DNA of 64,000 bases, taken from positions 152,458,001 to 152,522,000 of the forward strand of contig OX597817.1 in assembly GCA_951406725.2 (NCBI GenBank), read 5' to 3'. The stretch is from Octopus vulgaris (taxonomy: Eukaryota). The position numbers and the translations under genes are program-made. The stretch's first letter is position 1. Each line of letters begins with the position of its first letter. The notes under the pieces were generated by a model. It was not told where the DNA came from and ran no database searches. It saw only the letters and a program-made list of their open reading frames with translations. This document shows, in pieces, positions 36,279-51,883 of this stretch.

Positions 36279-36624
36279 CTTGTACTTTTTATCATCTCAT
36301 CCTGCTTGTTTTTTGACATTCCCTCCCATATTGATATTTATATCATTGACCATGCTTCCATCCTTGTCCATCATTCTCTACATTCAGCTCTACTCCTATC
36401 TCTGACCATCTCTCTTTCTCTCCTTTCACATTCATATGAACTTTCCCATTCTTATTGATCTTTTGCTGGTTTCTCTCTAGTACTCTGGGAGTATTTTCTG
36501 TTGCTCCTTGTACTCAGGAAGTATATTCTGATACCTTTTCTCCACCATCTTTGTCTTCTTTTCAGCTACTCCCAGCTACCTTTATATAATGCAATGTAGC
36601 CTTGTATTTCCTCATATTTCAGCC

Positions 36625-36877
36625 CAAAGGTTCTTACCATTTTTTTTACTTATGGACCTTTTTGATTAATATTTTGCCTAGGTGGACCCTCATAGTCATT
36701 TGATGTTTAAAAAATCTTTTTATATTTTTATGACTAGATGTTACCAGGAATTGCATAAAAACATTATGATATTTTGTTTATTGTAGAAGTATAACCAATT
36801 TATTATTCATAAATTTTAACAACAAAATCTTGTATGGACCTCCAAGGGTCATATGGGACCCTGATTGAGAACTACTG
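36625..36877. mobile_element. hAT-type MITE, inverted relative of 45168-45534
   Basis: Degenerate TIRs CAAAGGTTCTTACC / ATTGAGAACTACTG; 8-bp TSD TTTCAGCC/TTTTAGCC. Confidence 0.7.
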
Positions 36878-36979
36878 TTTTAGCCAAGGGATCCTGATTG
36901 AGAATTACTGTTTTAGCCTCTCAACACCTGGCACAAAGCCATTTTCCTCTCTACTACAACCCTGCTCAACTAGGAAGGC

Positions 36980-37210
36980 TTTTTGTTTGTGTTGTGAGTT
37001 ACTTGGCAGCCTCACTAGTGTTGGTGACATAAAAAAAAGCACCCAGTAGACTTTGTAAAGTGGTTGGCATTAGGAAGGGCAACTAGCTGTTGAAATCATG
37101 CCTGAGGAGACATCGGAGCTCAATGCAGTCCACTCACTCATTTAATCCTGCCAAACCATTCCTGCTAAAATAGAAGATGGACATTAAATGATGATGATGA
37201 TGGTGATGAC
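36980..37210 (+). mobile_element. SINE 3' part
   Basis: AAAAGCACCCAGTA...GGCATTAGGAAGGGC...GGACATTAAA(TGA)n. Confidence 0.75.
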
Positions 37211-37510
37211 ATACATTTATAGCCACCTACATACATATACTCTTACCTATATTTTTGTATATTTTCATAACTTGAAGTGAAATGATCACTAATATAAGGG
37301 ATTGTCTTTAATCTATAATGCTTCCTATATTATAACTGTATAATGTGTGATCTCTGATGCTGCTAAATTATTTTTGTTATCATGTCTATCCCTTTTGCAA
37401 AAGATTCCATTTAAGAGAACAAAGATTATTCATCTGTAGGAAAAACATATGGTGTATCCATCATACCTATTCCACTACCAATTCCCAGGAAACCAAATCA
37501 TAAAGCCCTC

Positions 37511-37565
<55 letters not shown>

Positions 37566-37730
37566 CATCATCATCATCATCAATTAATGTCCATTCTTCC
37601 ATACTAGCATGGGTTGGATGGTTCAACAGGAACAAAAGAGCCAGAGGGCTGCACCAAACTCCAGTGTTTGCTTTGACATGGTTTCTACAGGTCATTGCCC
37701 TTCCTAATGCCAACCACATTACAAAGTGTA
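37566..37730 (-). mobile_element. SINE 3' part, antisense
   Basis: (CAT)n, GCATGGGTTGGA, GCCCTTCCTAATGCCAACCAC. Confidence 0.75.
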
Positions 37731-38039
37731 TCTGCCTACATTATTCTATAATTATTGAAAGGTAACCTCTCTTTTGTTTTGAATTGAGGTCTATCAGTGT
37801 CCCTGGACAACTTTTTGCTCTGTATATTGGTTCTATGGGTGATTAGTGATTTGTGGAAATAATTCATTATGTGGTAACACCTGGCCATGTGTATAAGGCC
37901 AATGACATCTGTCAAGCAATTTCACAAACTCACTTTGGTTTTTGATGCCGTAAACAAACATCAAGTTACCTGCCCACCAACCAGATACCTCACTCCTCAT
38001 CTTGTCTTGTTTAAAACACTAAAGCTTCCAGCAGTAATA

Positions 38040-38585
38040 TCAGCAACATGAAAGGTAAGTCTGGAGGGATTGCAGTGATGCTAGAGCAGATTTGAGTGGA
38101 TGTATGATGTGTACAAGAAACAAAATGAAGGGGTGTCTTAGCTAGATATCACCCAAGATACAAAATTTTCAGGATGGGTAGCAGTGATGGAATGAGTGGA
38201 GTAGGTATATTGTTGGTAATGAAAGTAGTCAGATTGACTGATAGAATAATTCAGTTTAGACTAATCATGAGCATCACAATAGTGTGACAGTCAAAATTGG
38301 CAGATGAACAAAAGGATTATTTTCATGAGGTCCTCTTCTAAACTATCTTGTTATTAAATAATAGTGACCTTATTATGTCAGATGGTTCTGTGATGTATGT
38401 GGGAGCTCCCTGAGCTCTGACACAAAAGACCTAACCATTTGCAAAACTTAATTTCAGGAAACCTGCTAATCATGCAGGCTTACATGCCAAATAGATTACA
38501 TACTCACCAGGAGATATGTCAGGTGACTACTAGTCATGAGACAGGAAATCAGAAGGCAACAAAGACATTCTTAGAATAAGAGCTA
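38040..38585 (+). mobile_element. Degenerate RTE-like APE endonuclease fragment
   Basis: VDV*CVQETK*RG, MGSSDGMSGVGILL and VVRLTDRII remnants. Confidence 0.6.
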
Positions 38586-38589
38586 CGTG

Positions 38590-41851
<3,262 letters not shown>

Positions 41852-42469
41852 CATTATTATTAGGGCAGTAGATGGCAACATCAGAAGAGCAGCAAAAAAA
41901 AAAAAAATACCATGAGGCATTTAGTTATTCCTTTTACGTTTTTGAGTTCAAATCCTGCCAAACTTGATTTTTGCCTTTTATTCTCCCATGGTCCATAAAG
42001 AAACATACCAGTTTAATACGACAGTCTATATTCTTCTCCAATACTTATGGCTGGCCTGTGCCTCTACTAGAAATCATTATTACGATTACATTACTATTAT
42101 TAGAAAACAACAATAACTATTACTGCAGTTATTGCTGCTGGTGCTGATATCGCTGGTACTGCTGGTGCTGCTATTATTATCATCATTGTGGTTGTCGAAG
42201 GAAATTATTATTGTCTGGCTACTTGCAAGCAAGTCCAATTTAATGATTTAATTGTATTATTGGTAGTGAATAAGAAGTAATGGCCACCACCATTGATGGT
42301 TATTAATATATAGCTAAAAACACCTAGTGTGATTCTTCCTGCTTTATTTTATGAATTCTTACTATAATTTCCTTGTCTTTGCAATTATCTGGTTAGTGTC
42401 TCAGGCAACTTATCAATCTTCTTTGACATTCACAGTGGTGGGAACAACATATTTTCCTAACAGTATCTT

Positions 42470-42684
42470 GCCCATTCTCTCATTGCAATTAATTTTTCTT
42501 TCTTTCTTTCTTTCCTTCCTTCCTTCCCCCCTCTCTATCTATTGATATTTATATTTATATCATTCAGTCTTTATTGCTCAGCATTTATTTCTTTCTGTTA
42601 CTCAGTCAATTGCTCTGTCTCTCTGTCATTACTCTCTATGTGTGTGTGTGTGTGTGTGTGTGTCTGTCTGTCTGTCTGTCTGTC

Positions 42685-42719
<35 letters not shown>

Positions 42720-42818
42720 ATATGTCTCTTTTCCTGAACCATTTGCTATTATTTGTCACCCTCTCTATAAGTTATTATCTATAATTTACTTCTTGATACT
42801 TCCTTTACTATTTATTAT

Positions 42819-42857
<39 letters not shown>

Positions 42858-43150
42858 ATTTCACTCTCTATAGCTCTTTGTCACTTACTCTTTGTTTCTC
42901 TATCATTTGCTCTCTGTTATTTGCTTTTCTGTTATTTCTTTCCTTCTTTCTTTACTCACCTCTATGATTCTCTTTCATTTATTCTGTCCTTTTCTCTACT
43001 CTCTCTGTCTTCTATTTATTCTTTATTACCTTTTCTTTTCCTCGTTTTTAATTTTTCACCTTTCTCTCTCTCATTGGCTCTTAAACCCTTCATTGCCATA
43101 TCTCTCCCCTTCCTGCCTCATCTGTCTCTCTCTATCTTCTACACACCTGT
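42470..43150. repeat. Long CT-rich low-complexity tract with (TG)/(TCTG)/(TC) microsatellites
   Basis: Read directly from the sequence. Confidence 0.85.
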
Positions 43151-43531
43151 AATTAACCTGTTCCATGTAGCACTGTTGCTACTATACATTCTCAGTTTAT
43201 TAACCATGATAGTTTCTCAAGTGAATGCCAGTTTTTATCTGTCTCATCAACCAGTTATTTCAACTGTGTTACTCAGATGACAGTAATACAACTTGAAACC
43301 CTACCCGTTTGTTACACTTTCATATTTCCTGCCAATCCTTCTTCCCAAAGTACAACTGAGCTCAGAACTGACAAGAATAAGGGGTTTGGGAATGAGTGTG
43401 GTTTCCCTGATTTACACTGCTGAAATAGAATAATCTCCACTTACGAGGTTTCATCTTCTGTATATTTGTAAGATGTTCAGGGGCATAGTTTTAGTATATT
43501 ATCATGCCATACAAATCTATCAGTTTTAAAA

Positions 43532-43571
<40 letters not shown>

Positions 43572-43574
<3 letters not shown>

Positions 43575-43782
43575 TGGCAACCTGGTAGAATTGTTAGAAT
43601 ACCAGATAAAATGTTTAGCGGCATTTCATCCGTCTTTATGTTCTGAATTCAAATTCCACCAAGGCCGACTTTGCCTTACATCCTTTTGGGGTTGATAAAT
43701 AAGTACCAGTTGAGCACTGGGGTTGATGTAATCAACTTACCCCTTCCCTTGAAATTGCTGGCCTTGTACCAAAATTTGAAAC

Positions 43783-43833
<51 letters not shown>

Positions 43834-44180
43834 GTTTGCTTCCCAATCACATGGTTCCTGCATGACCCCTTGGTCAAGTGCCTTCTGCTATAGCCCTAGG
43901 CTGACCAAAGCCTTGTGTATATGTGTGTTTTATTTGTGTTTTTGTCTCCTTGCTTTGGCATTGTGTGATAGTTGTAAATGAGTGTCATCATGCAAGCAGT
44001 GTCTTTTATTTCCAATCTTCTGTGTAAACATGTCTGATCATGGGGGAAATATTACCTTATTTGGTAATAGATGAGGGTTGGCAACAGAAAATGGCATCTG
44101 GCTGTGGAAAATTCACCTCAAATTCTGTCTGACCAATGTAAGTATGGAAAAGTGGGTGCTAAAAAATTATGATGATGACA
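43572..44180 (+). mobile_element. ATT-tailed SINE (43572-43785) followed by a 5'-truncated GGCTGTGTGG-family SINE (43833-44180)
   Basis: Family motifs as above, separated by (ATT)n. Confidence 0.8.
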
Positions 44181-44619
44181 ATGATTATCATTGAAGATGG
44201 TGTTGGTGGTTAATGGCAGATTTGGTGGAGTGATGAACTTAATTACCTTGTAAAATCCCTTTACATTCTGAATTAAATTTATAGGAAGCTAAAATTTTTC
44301 TGTGATCCTCCTGAGGTTAATAAATAAACACCAGTCAAATAACATGATCATTAAAATTTGTGGCAGTTGTGTATCTACATTAGAAATCATTATTATTGTT
44401 GTTCAAAGTAGCGTGTGTGAATGATATAATTGCTATAATCGTGAGCAAAACAGCTTGTGGTATTTAGATGAATTCTTTCTTATTTAAATTCCTGGTTGAA
44501 TATATTTCCCCTCATTCAGAGGCCAATGAAGTACTGGTGTCAATATCATCAACTATAACCGCATTCAAAATGTGTGGTTTTATGTCTCTGCTAGCAATCA
44601 CTATTACTACTAAAGTTAA

Positions 44620-44835
44620 AGTGGTGAGCTGGCAGAAGTGTTAGCATGCTGGATGAAATGCTTAGCGGTATTTCACCTGTTGCTATCTTCTGAGTCCAAA
44701 TTCCGCCGAGGTTGAACTTTGCCTTTCATCTTTTGAGGGTCGATAAAATAAGTACCAGTTGAACACTGGGGTCAATGTAATTGATTCATCCCCACCTCCC
44801 TCAAGCTGCCCTTATGGCAAAAATTTGAAATAATT
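44620..44835 (+). mobile_element. ATT-tailed SINE
   Basis: GTGGTGAGCTGGCAGAA...ATTCCGCCGAGG...AAGTACCAGTTGAACACTGGGG. Confidence 0.8.
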
Positions 44836-45167
44836 ATTACTACTAAAGAATTTTTAGAGTACTTTGTTCTATTTAATGATATTGTTTTACAATCTGAGTT
44901 CAAATCTCACCTGGGTCAGTAAATTATTGTTGTTGTCGAAAGTGATTTCACAATATGGTAAATGTCAGCTTTCTTTTGTCCAGTGTGTATAAAAGAAAAG
45001 GATTTAATTGACTGACTGTGCCACCTTCCACCAATATGTGGTCATATACCAAAGTTATACATCTTTATTATTAGTAGTTTTAATGCCTTTCAGTATTTTT
45101 TGTTTTGTTCCTCTGTATTCTGAGTCAAACTTAGCCTGGTTAAACATTGAAATTCATTCCTCTAGAG

Positions 45168-45534
45168 CAGTGGTTCTCAACTTGGGTCCACATGACCCCT
45201 GGCAGGTCTACACAAGCAAAACAGTAAATTGGGGACCCATGGTTGTATTTTAGGGGTTCAGTGAAAAAACTTTGCTTCAGATGTATTTATTGCAAGAAAC
45301 ATCTTGGTGCCTTTCTCTAACACTTAACATAGTTCAACATATTTTCAGCTACTGAAACATGTTTACAAAGAGAGAACTATTGCAAACCTACACAAGTAAA
45401 TGGGTGAAAAACGAAATAGGAAGTTTGAAAGAAGCATCTCTAAAACTAGTTTTTAAACATCAAATGGCTATGGGGTCCACCAGAATAAAATTGTAATTAA
45501 AGGGTCCATAAGTAAAAAAGGTTGAGAGCCACTG
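45168..45534. mobile_element. hAT-type MITE
   Basis: TIRs CAGTGGTTCTCAAC / GTTGAGAGCCACTG; perfect 8-bp TSD CTCTAGAG (45160-45167, 45535-45542). Confidence 0.93.
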
Positions 45535-45795
45535 CTCTAGAGCAAGTCAAATGTGCATTGGTCACATTCTGGAAGTTGATTCATCTTACTATACTCTTTG
45601 ACCAATGCAACATGTCATTATTGTTGTTACTATGATTACGGAAACCAATGTAAATTATTATCATTATTAATATTTTTTACTTTTAATCTGCATGTTTGTT
45701 ACAGTCACTTGCCGAGACACACCCAGTGTCCTGGGGCAAGTGAAAGCTTGGGGAGGTCCTTATATTTACTTAGTTTGTCAAATTCTTTGTTGTTG

Positions 45796-45844
<49 letters not shown>

Positions 45845-46412
45845 CATCATCATCACATCATCATATCATCACATCTTCACATCATCATCATCATCATCAT
45901 CATCATTTGTCTGTCTGCTTGTTCCGGGTTCAAATTCCGCCGAGGTTGACTTTGCCTTTCATCCTTTCGGAGCTCAATTAATTAAGTATCAGTTGAACGC
46001 TGGGGTCATTGTACTCAACTAGCACCCTCCCCTCAAATTCCTGGCCTTGTGCCAAAATTTGAAACCATTATCATCATCATTATTATTATATTGATGAACA
46101 TCATTTTTATTACTATAATAATGAACATTGTCACCATCTTCATTATTCTCATGATGATGACCACTATTATTTTGTATTCATTTCACGTAATTGTTTTTAT
46201 TCATTACTTGCTATGTCATCATCCAAAGACAGGCATAGGTCAAGGCTATCTGGTAGTTATTATTAGGTGTATGGAGTATGGTGAGCTGGAAGAATTGTTA
46301 CTATGCAGGCAAAATCCTTTGTAGCAGTTTTTCTGGCTTTATGTTCTGAGTTCAAATGCCACTGAAATCAAAATTGCCTTTCATTTTTTGGGGTCATGCA
46401 ATTGCTTTACAC

Positions 46413-46693
46413 TTTTACTCTTTTTACTTGTTTCAGTCATTTGACTGTGGCCATGCTGGAGCATCGCCTTTAGTCGAGCAAACTGACCCCAGGACTAATT
46501 CTTTGTAAGCCTAGTACTTATTCTATTGGTCTCTTTTGCCAAACCGCTAAGTTAAGGGGACGTAAACAAACCAGCATCGGTTGTCAATATATATATGTGT
46601 ATGTGTTTGTATATGTTTGTGTGTCTGTGTTTGTCCCTCCAACATTGTTTGACAACTGATGCTGGAGGGACAAACACAGACACACAAACATAT

Positions 46694-46724
<31 letters not shown>

Positions 46725-46893
46725 CATATATACGACGGGCTTCTTTCAGTTTCTGTCTACCAAATTCACTCACAAGGCTTTAGTCGGCCCAAGGCTATAG
46801 TAGAAGACACTTGCCCAAGGTGCCATGCAGTGGGAATGAACCCGGAACCATGTGGTTGGTAAGCAAGCTACTTACCACACAGCCACTCCTGCG
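46413..46893 (-). mobile_element. Full-length tRNA-derived SINE with internal inverted duplication
   Basis: Reverse complement of GCGCAGGAGTGGCTGTGTGGTAAGTAGCTTGCTTACCAACCACATGGTTCCGGG...GAAACAAGTAAAAAAGAGTAAAAG. Confidence 0.9.
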
Positions 46894-47193
46894 CTTATGC
46901 TTTGTGCTAAAAGAATTAGAAAGAATTATTATTAGATCATTGGAGCAACAGAAATTGTGGAAGATTGGGCATAATGCCTTGTATTATTTAGTTCTGTCTC
47001 TTTACATTCTGAATTCTAATTTCAGTAGGGGTTACTTTGTTTTCAATAAAATAAGCATCAGTATCACACTAGAATCAATGCAATCAAATAAATCCATTCA
47101 GTGCATATTTGTGGTTACGTGCCAAAGTTAAAAATCTTTGCTGCTGTTGCTATGATAAATATTATATGTGATCATCAAAAACTGTGAAATATT

Positions 47194-47383
47194 GGTTTCA
47201 AATTTTAGCACAAGGCCAGCAATTTTGGAGGAGGGATTAAGTTGACTACATCAACTGCAATGTTCAACTGGTATTTATTTTATCAACCCTGAAAGGATGA
47301 AAGGCAAAATTGACCTCAGTGGAACTTGAACTCAGAATGTAAAGACAGATGAAATGCTACTAAGGATTTTTGCCCAGTGTGCT
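47194..47383 (-). mobile_element. 5'-truncated ATT-tailed SINE with 17-bp TSD
   Basis: TSD AAAAACTGTGAAATATT at 47177-47193 and 47384-47400. Confidence 0.88.
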
Positions 47384-47723
47384 AAAAACTGTGAAATATT
47401 AGTTCTCGTTTAACCTGAGTTCAGGGCTAATCCAGTTGATCTAAGATAAAAGACAATCCAGCTGAGATCATTATGTCTTTTATTCAAACAATTTATATAT
47501 GGAAACCCATGTCAGCATGGACAACAAGTGTTAAATTATGATGATGCATTATCTAATGTATTGTTCCTTTTTAAAGATAGTAAGCTATTTCTAACAAAGC
47601 AAGTGATCAAATAGAGAATCCATTTTTGGTTGAAGCTCACTTGATATCAGTTTTAAATATTAGTTGTAAATAATAACGATGTTGATAATGATGATGATGA
47701 TAACATCAATGGTGGTGGGCTTT

Positions 47724-47899
47724 GTTTTGTATAAGACTATGTTTCTAGCTTTGCTTTAAAAGAATTTTGGGATAATAACCCCTGTAGAGAACATGCAGGG
47801 ATTTAATAACTAGTTTGTTCGACGTGCATGCTTTCTCTGTGGATTTATCATTGTACAAATGCTTTAAAGCAAGGCAAGAAATATAGTCTTCTATAGAAC
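47724..47899 (+). other. Long imperfect intronic RNA hairpin
   Basis: GTTTTGTATAAGACTATGTTTCTAGCTTTGCTTTAAA pairs with TTTAAAGCAAGGCAAGAAATATAGTCTTCTATAGAAC (37 positions, 4 G-U, 2 mismatches); further inner helices. Confidence 0.75.
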
Positions 47900-48031
47900 T
47901 AATGAAATCATATGTTGTAGATTGTGCCACAAAACTTTCTTTGTATTCTATTCCTTTACTGTTGAATTATTTATTGTATATTTGATCTTATTGTTCTGTA
48001 TCAAAAGAAACATGTTTATTTCTTTTCACAG

Positions 48032-48175
48032 GATCAATTCGTGCAGAATCAATAGCTGCATCTCGTGTAGAGCATGCCTTGTCTGAAGTGGCTTCTTCTA
48101 TGAACAGTTCCTACGTCCCACGCCATGGTTCTCAACAGATTTGGATGCTACAAGCTCAGATATGGTTACATTTAG
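48032..48175 (+). CDS. TTC7B: TTC7B-like, internal exon g
   Basis: tcacag|GA TCA...TTA G|gtgctg; 144 nt, phase 1/1. SIRAESIAASRVEHALSEVASSMNSSYVPRHGSQQIWMLQAQIWLHL (TTC7B: AASRVEQALSEVASS...AQIWLH). Confidence 0.96.
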
Positions 48176-48477
48176 GTGCTGATCTGCTGATCTTTTTTAT
48201 AATTCACTTCTAATATTATTTAATCACTGGCTAAAATCAACTTCTTTGTTTTTGTTCTGGAGGGAAACAAATATTTTCATAGTACTGCTAAATCCTGCAT
48301 TGGTATATAGCCAGGGAACTTATTAATTTGGAGCACTTAGATCAACAACAACAACACCATCAGCAGCAACAATATATGAGTATCAAATTAACTCCAGGAT
48401 GTTTATATTCTTACACATACACTTGTATATTCAAACACACACATATATATGTATATATATATATACACACACAAATA

Positions 48478-48660
48478 CTGGGTGTCTCAAAAAATGTACA
48501 CACTCATTATTATGTCATGTTTATTATGTTATACTCTGTGTGTGTGTGTACATGCACACACACACATACACACACAAAGAGAGAGAGAAAGAGAGAGCAT
48601 ACTAACATATTTATGATAAATATTGCTGTAGAATGTCTGTGTACATGTTGAGACACCTGT
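48478..48660. mobile_element. Small Tc1/mariner-like MITE
   Basis: Imperfect TIRs CTGGGTGTCTCAAAAAATGTACAC / GTGTACATGTTGAGACACCTG. Confidence 0.6.
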
Positions 48661-49699
48661 TATATTTGTTGTAGAATGGGTGGTAGAAGTACTTATGTAC
48701 TAATTGTTTAGCCTTTTTAAAAACAATTTTACAATCATTTTTCCATCATAGCTTGTATAGGATTGCTTTTGATAGTTTGGACATTTTCACATGAGCTATT
48801 AGACCATGTTGTTGTTGTTGTTGTTTAGCCCCAGGTCAGTCCTGATCAAGAAAATTTATGTTCAAAGACATTCTAGATAGGACTATCCTATTTTTTTACA
48901 TATATGTAGAACTACACTTTTAGTTGTATTCTTTTTTTATTGAAGATTGTAGGGTTTAATTTGAGGAAGATTTAGCTGCTATTCATAGCAGGCAAGCAAC
49001 CATGAAGAGGCTTCACATTTTACAGCTGAATCTTAATTGTTGAACTATGAAATGAGAATAGCATCTATTTTTAGTGGTTGGGAGAACAGAAAAAAACCCC
49101 TATTTTGTAGCAATGGCATGGGTTAAACTCATGATTTGCTGTCTAGTTCCTTAACGTTACTTCACCCCTTGTATTAGCAGGTAGCCATTTTCCTGATTCT
49201 CTCTCTTCAGGTGCCATGCTTACAGGTGTCAAGAGTCATGGGCCTTAATGCCAAAGTCTGGAAGTTCATGGTTTTTCTTGGGAAAGATATAGCAGTGGTT
49301 TCCTGTTTCCTTCTGCTGGTTTATTTACAGCTTACTCTGCTTATCTCCCACTGGGCCTGTGTGACACATGTTGGAGAGTAGGGAGTAGCCTTCATGTGTG
49401 TCCTATATGCCTTAACCACAGGAACATCTTTCGCTATGCAGCTCATAACCAGGGCTCTTGACAAGTACCACTACACTGGGACAGAGTGGACTCGGAAGTA
49501 GAAAGGACTAAGGAGTAATTCTGTTCTCCCCCAAACTCCTAAACTTCCTAGATGGAACCTCTCCACTAGATGGAGTTTAATGTCTTACCTTGGACTTTTT
49601 CTTGCTTAAGGATATTGTGTGCTCTTTTGTGGTATTTTTTAAAGAAAATTGATAGTAATGGCAATGACTAAAACATTATAGTTGTTATGTTAGTTTGCA

Positions 49700-50250
49700 T
49701 GATAAAGGAAATGTGGAGCATTGTTATATGGGAAAAGGTTCTCATTGAAGATGAAAGGAAGGGTCTATAGGAGTTGCATGAGAGCTGCAATGTTTAATGG
49801 GAGAGAGAGATGTCAATTTTGAGGGAAAGAGTGATGGCAATTTTGAGAAGGACCAAGAGAGTAATGGTAAGAGAAATGTGTGGTGTGAGGCTGTTTGATA
49901 AAAGGAGGACTGAGGAATTGATGGGGTTACTGGGGTTGGAGGAATTTGTAGAATGGCTGGCAAGGGTGAATGGAGTGCAGTGGTATGGGCATGTGTTGAG
50001 GAGGGATGTGGAGCATGTTCTGAGGAGGGTACTTAAGTTTGAGGTAAATGGACCATGAAAGCGAGGTAGACAGAGGAAAAAGTGGAGGGGACAGGTAGAG
50101 GAGGAGATTGGGCGGGTTGGCTTGAGGAAAGAGACAAGACAAGTTGGCGAGATGTTGTGAGGGCTGTTGCTATGGCATTGAGGTAGATCTGACCACCTCT
50201 GTTAACGGGGATAAAACCTGGATTTAAAACACTGGATGATGATGGATGAT
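49700..50250 (+). mobile_element. RTE-clade LINE 3' fragment
   Basis: LKMKGRVYRSCMR, MVREMCGVRL, VQWYGHVLRRD, RGRQRKKW; (GAT)n tail. Confidence 0.85.
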
Positions 50251-51017
50251 GATAAAAGCAAGAAGCGTCAATGATTTTCAAACTTTCTAGGTGGTTGACA
50301 AAAAAAAGTTTCTGTATTTTGTAACGTCCTAAGAAAGAAGTAATTTGCTGACATTCTAAAATGTCACAATGGGAAATGTAATTAACTCTTTTACTGCAGA
50401 TATCAGATGTATCCAGTCAAAATTTCATTACCCTTAACAGAGGAAAGCGGTTTTATATACCAATCTATCTTTGTTGAAGAATGTCATGTTTGAAACTTTT
50501 TGTTGTTGATATATGTCACATTCATTGAGGCAGTGTGACTTTCAGAAAATACCAATTCTATTTTTTGGTAGATTTTATAACATCATTACTGGAATAACCA
50601 TGAAATTTAATTTTACGGTGAGAGGGATAATATTCAGTATCTCAAATTTGTATAAATTATAGAACTGTAGACGAAGGCTTCAAATGTTACTAGGATAATC
50701 TGGTTAATAATATATGTAGATGAGGAAAAAGAAAGACATTATAGTTGAATGAGTATTAGGTGAATAATAGTGTTGGTATATTTGAATGTGTAAAAGTGTT
50801 TCAGAGGTTTCACCAGAATCATAACAACCTTGACCAGAATGAATCCATTATAAGAAAGTGATGTCAGTCTCCATTATATAATATATCGATTCTTTAGAAT
50901 ACATGTTAGCATGCATCTGGGTTCTTTTGTAGTTAAATACGGCAAGCTATAGAACTGTTCAGCAACTGCTGTTTGCTCTTTTCTTCAATTGAATTAAATG
51001 GAAAGAAAGAGAAAGTG

Positions 51018-51060
<43 letters not shown>

Positions 51061-51883
51061 TTATTTCCATACAATGAAATGTTTGAAAAATCTCTATAGC
51101 TCTTTGGTTTGGATAATGTCATTTCTGACAAATTGTTTCATCAATGTTGCTTCCTTTTTAAATACACCCCACCGCTCTTTCAATACTTACTTCAGTCACT
51201 ACCCCAAACCTCCAACCTTCACACTCCACTTCCTTTGCTCCCCCCCTCTCCCCCTCCACCTTTCTTTTCTATTTTATTTATATATATTTATTCATTCACT
51301 TGTTTATATCCCACCCAATCTTCACAACCACTGCAACCACTGCTACCTCAGCTTCACCATTTCTATTGTCCTCTAAAATAACATCAAGTCAGACAACATC
51401 ATGTTATTTGCCAGTGTGAATACAAAACAAATGCTGGGATGTTGAGAAGTACTTCCCAGTTCTCTACTAACTAGCTTCTTTCACCAGTCTGACTTGTCTA
51501 TTCAGTCCTCATATTGGCTGTTTCAATGCTCTATAATTGCATTTTCTCTATTAATACTGATGCAATCAAGTCTGGCTTGTCTCTCTGACAAATAACTGAT
51601 ATTTCTGCTTTGTTTTTGGCCTTGGAACATTTTCTTTTATTACCCCTCTTGTTCTCTCCTCTTACAAGATCTACGCTCCATGGTTCTGGCATTCTTACAC
51701 AATAGCTCCATGCAGTAGAAACTATCGAACTGTTTGTTTTGTTATGGCAAAATGAATTCAATCAAGATTAGTTTTATACAGACTTATGTTTTCTTTTTTT
51801 TTTTTTACTATTTATTGTTGGTCTTGATTTTACTTTCTTCATTTTCTTTGTCTTTCTTCATCTTCATGTTTCTTCTCTTTCCT

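Noticed and set aside
47776-47800. miR-10-like sequence TAACCCCTGTAGAG in the hairpin
   Set aside because: Only partial 5' similarity; the rest differs from miR-10, and the locus is not a Hox cluster.
51386-51496. 10-bp terminal stem (CAAGTCAGAC/GTCTGACTTG) as a C/D snoRNA
   Set aside because: No C box at the expected position; could be a chance inverted repeat.
51669-51718. Possible alternative exon after a pyrimidine tract plus AAG
   Set aside because: AAG acceptor, early stop, and no donor or homology support.
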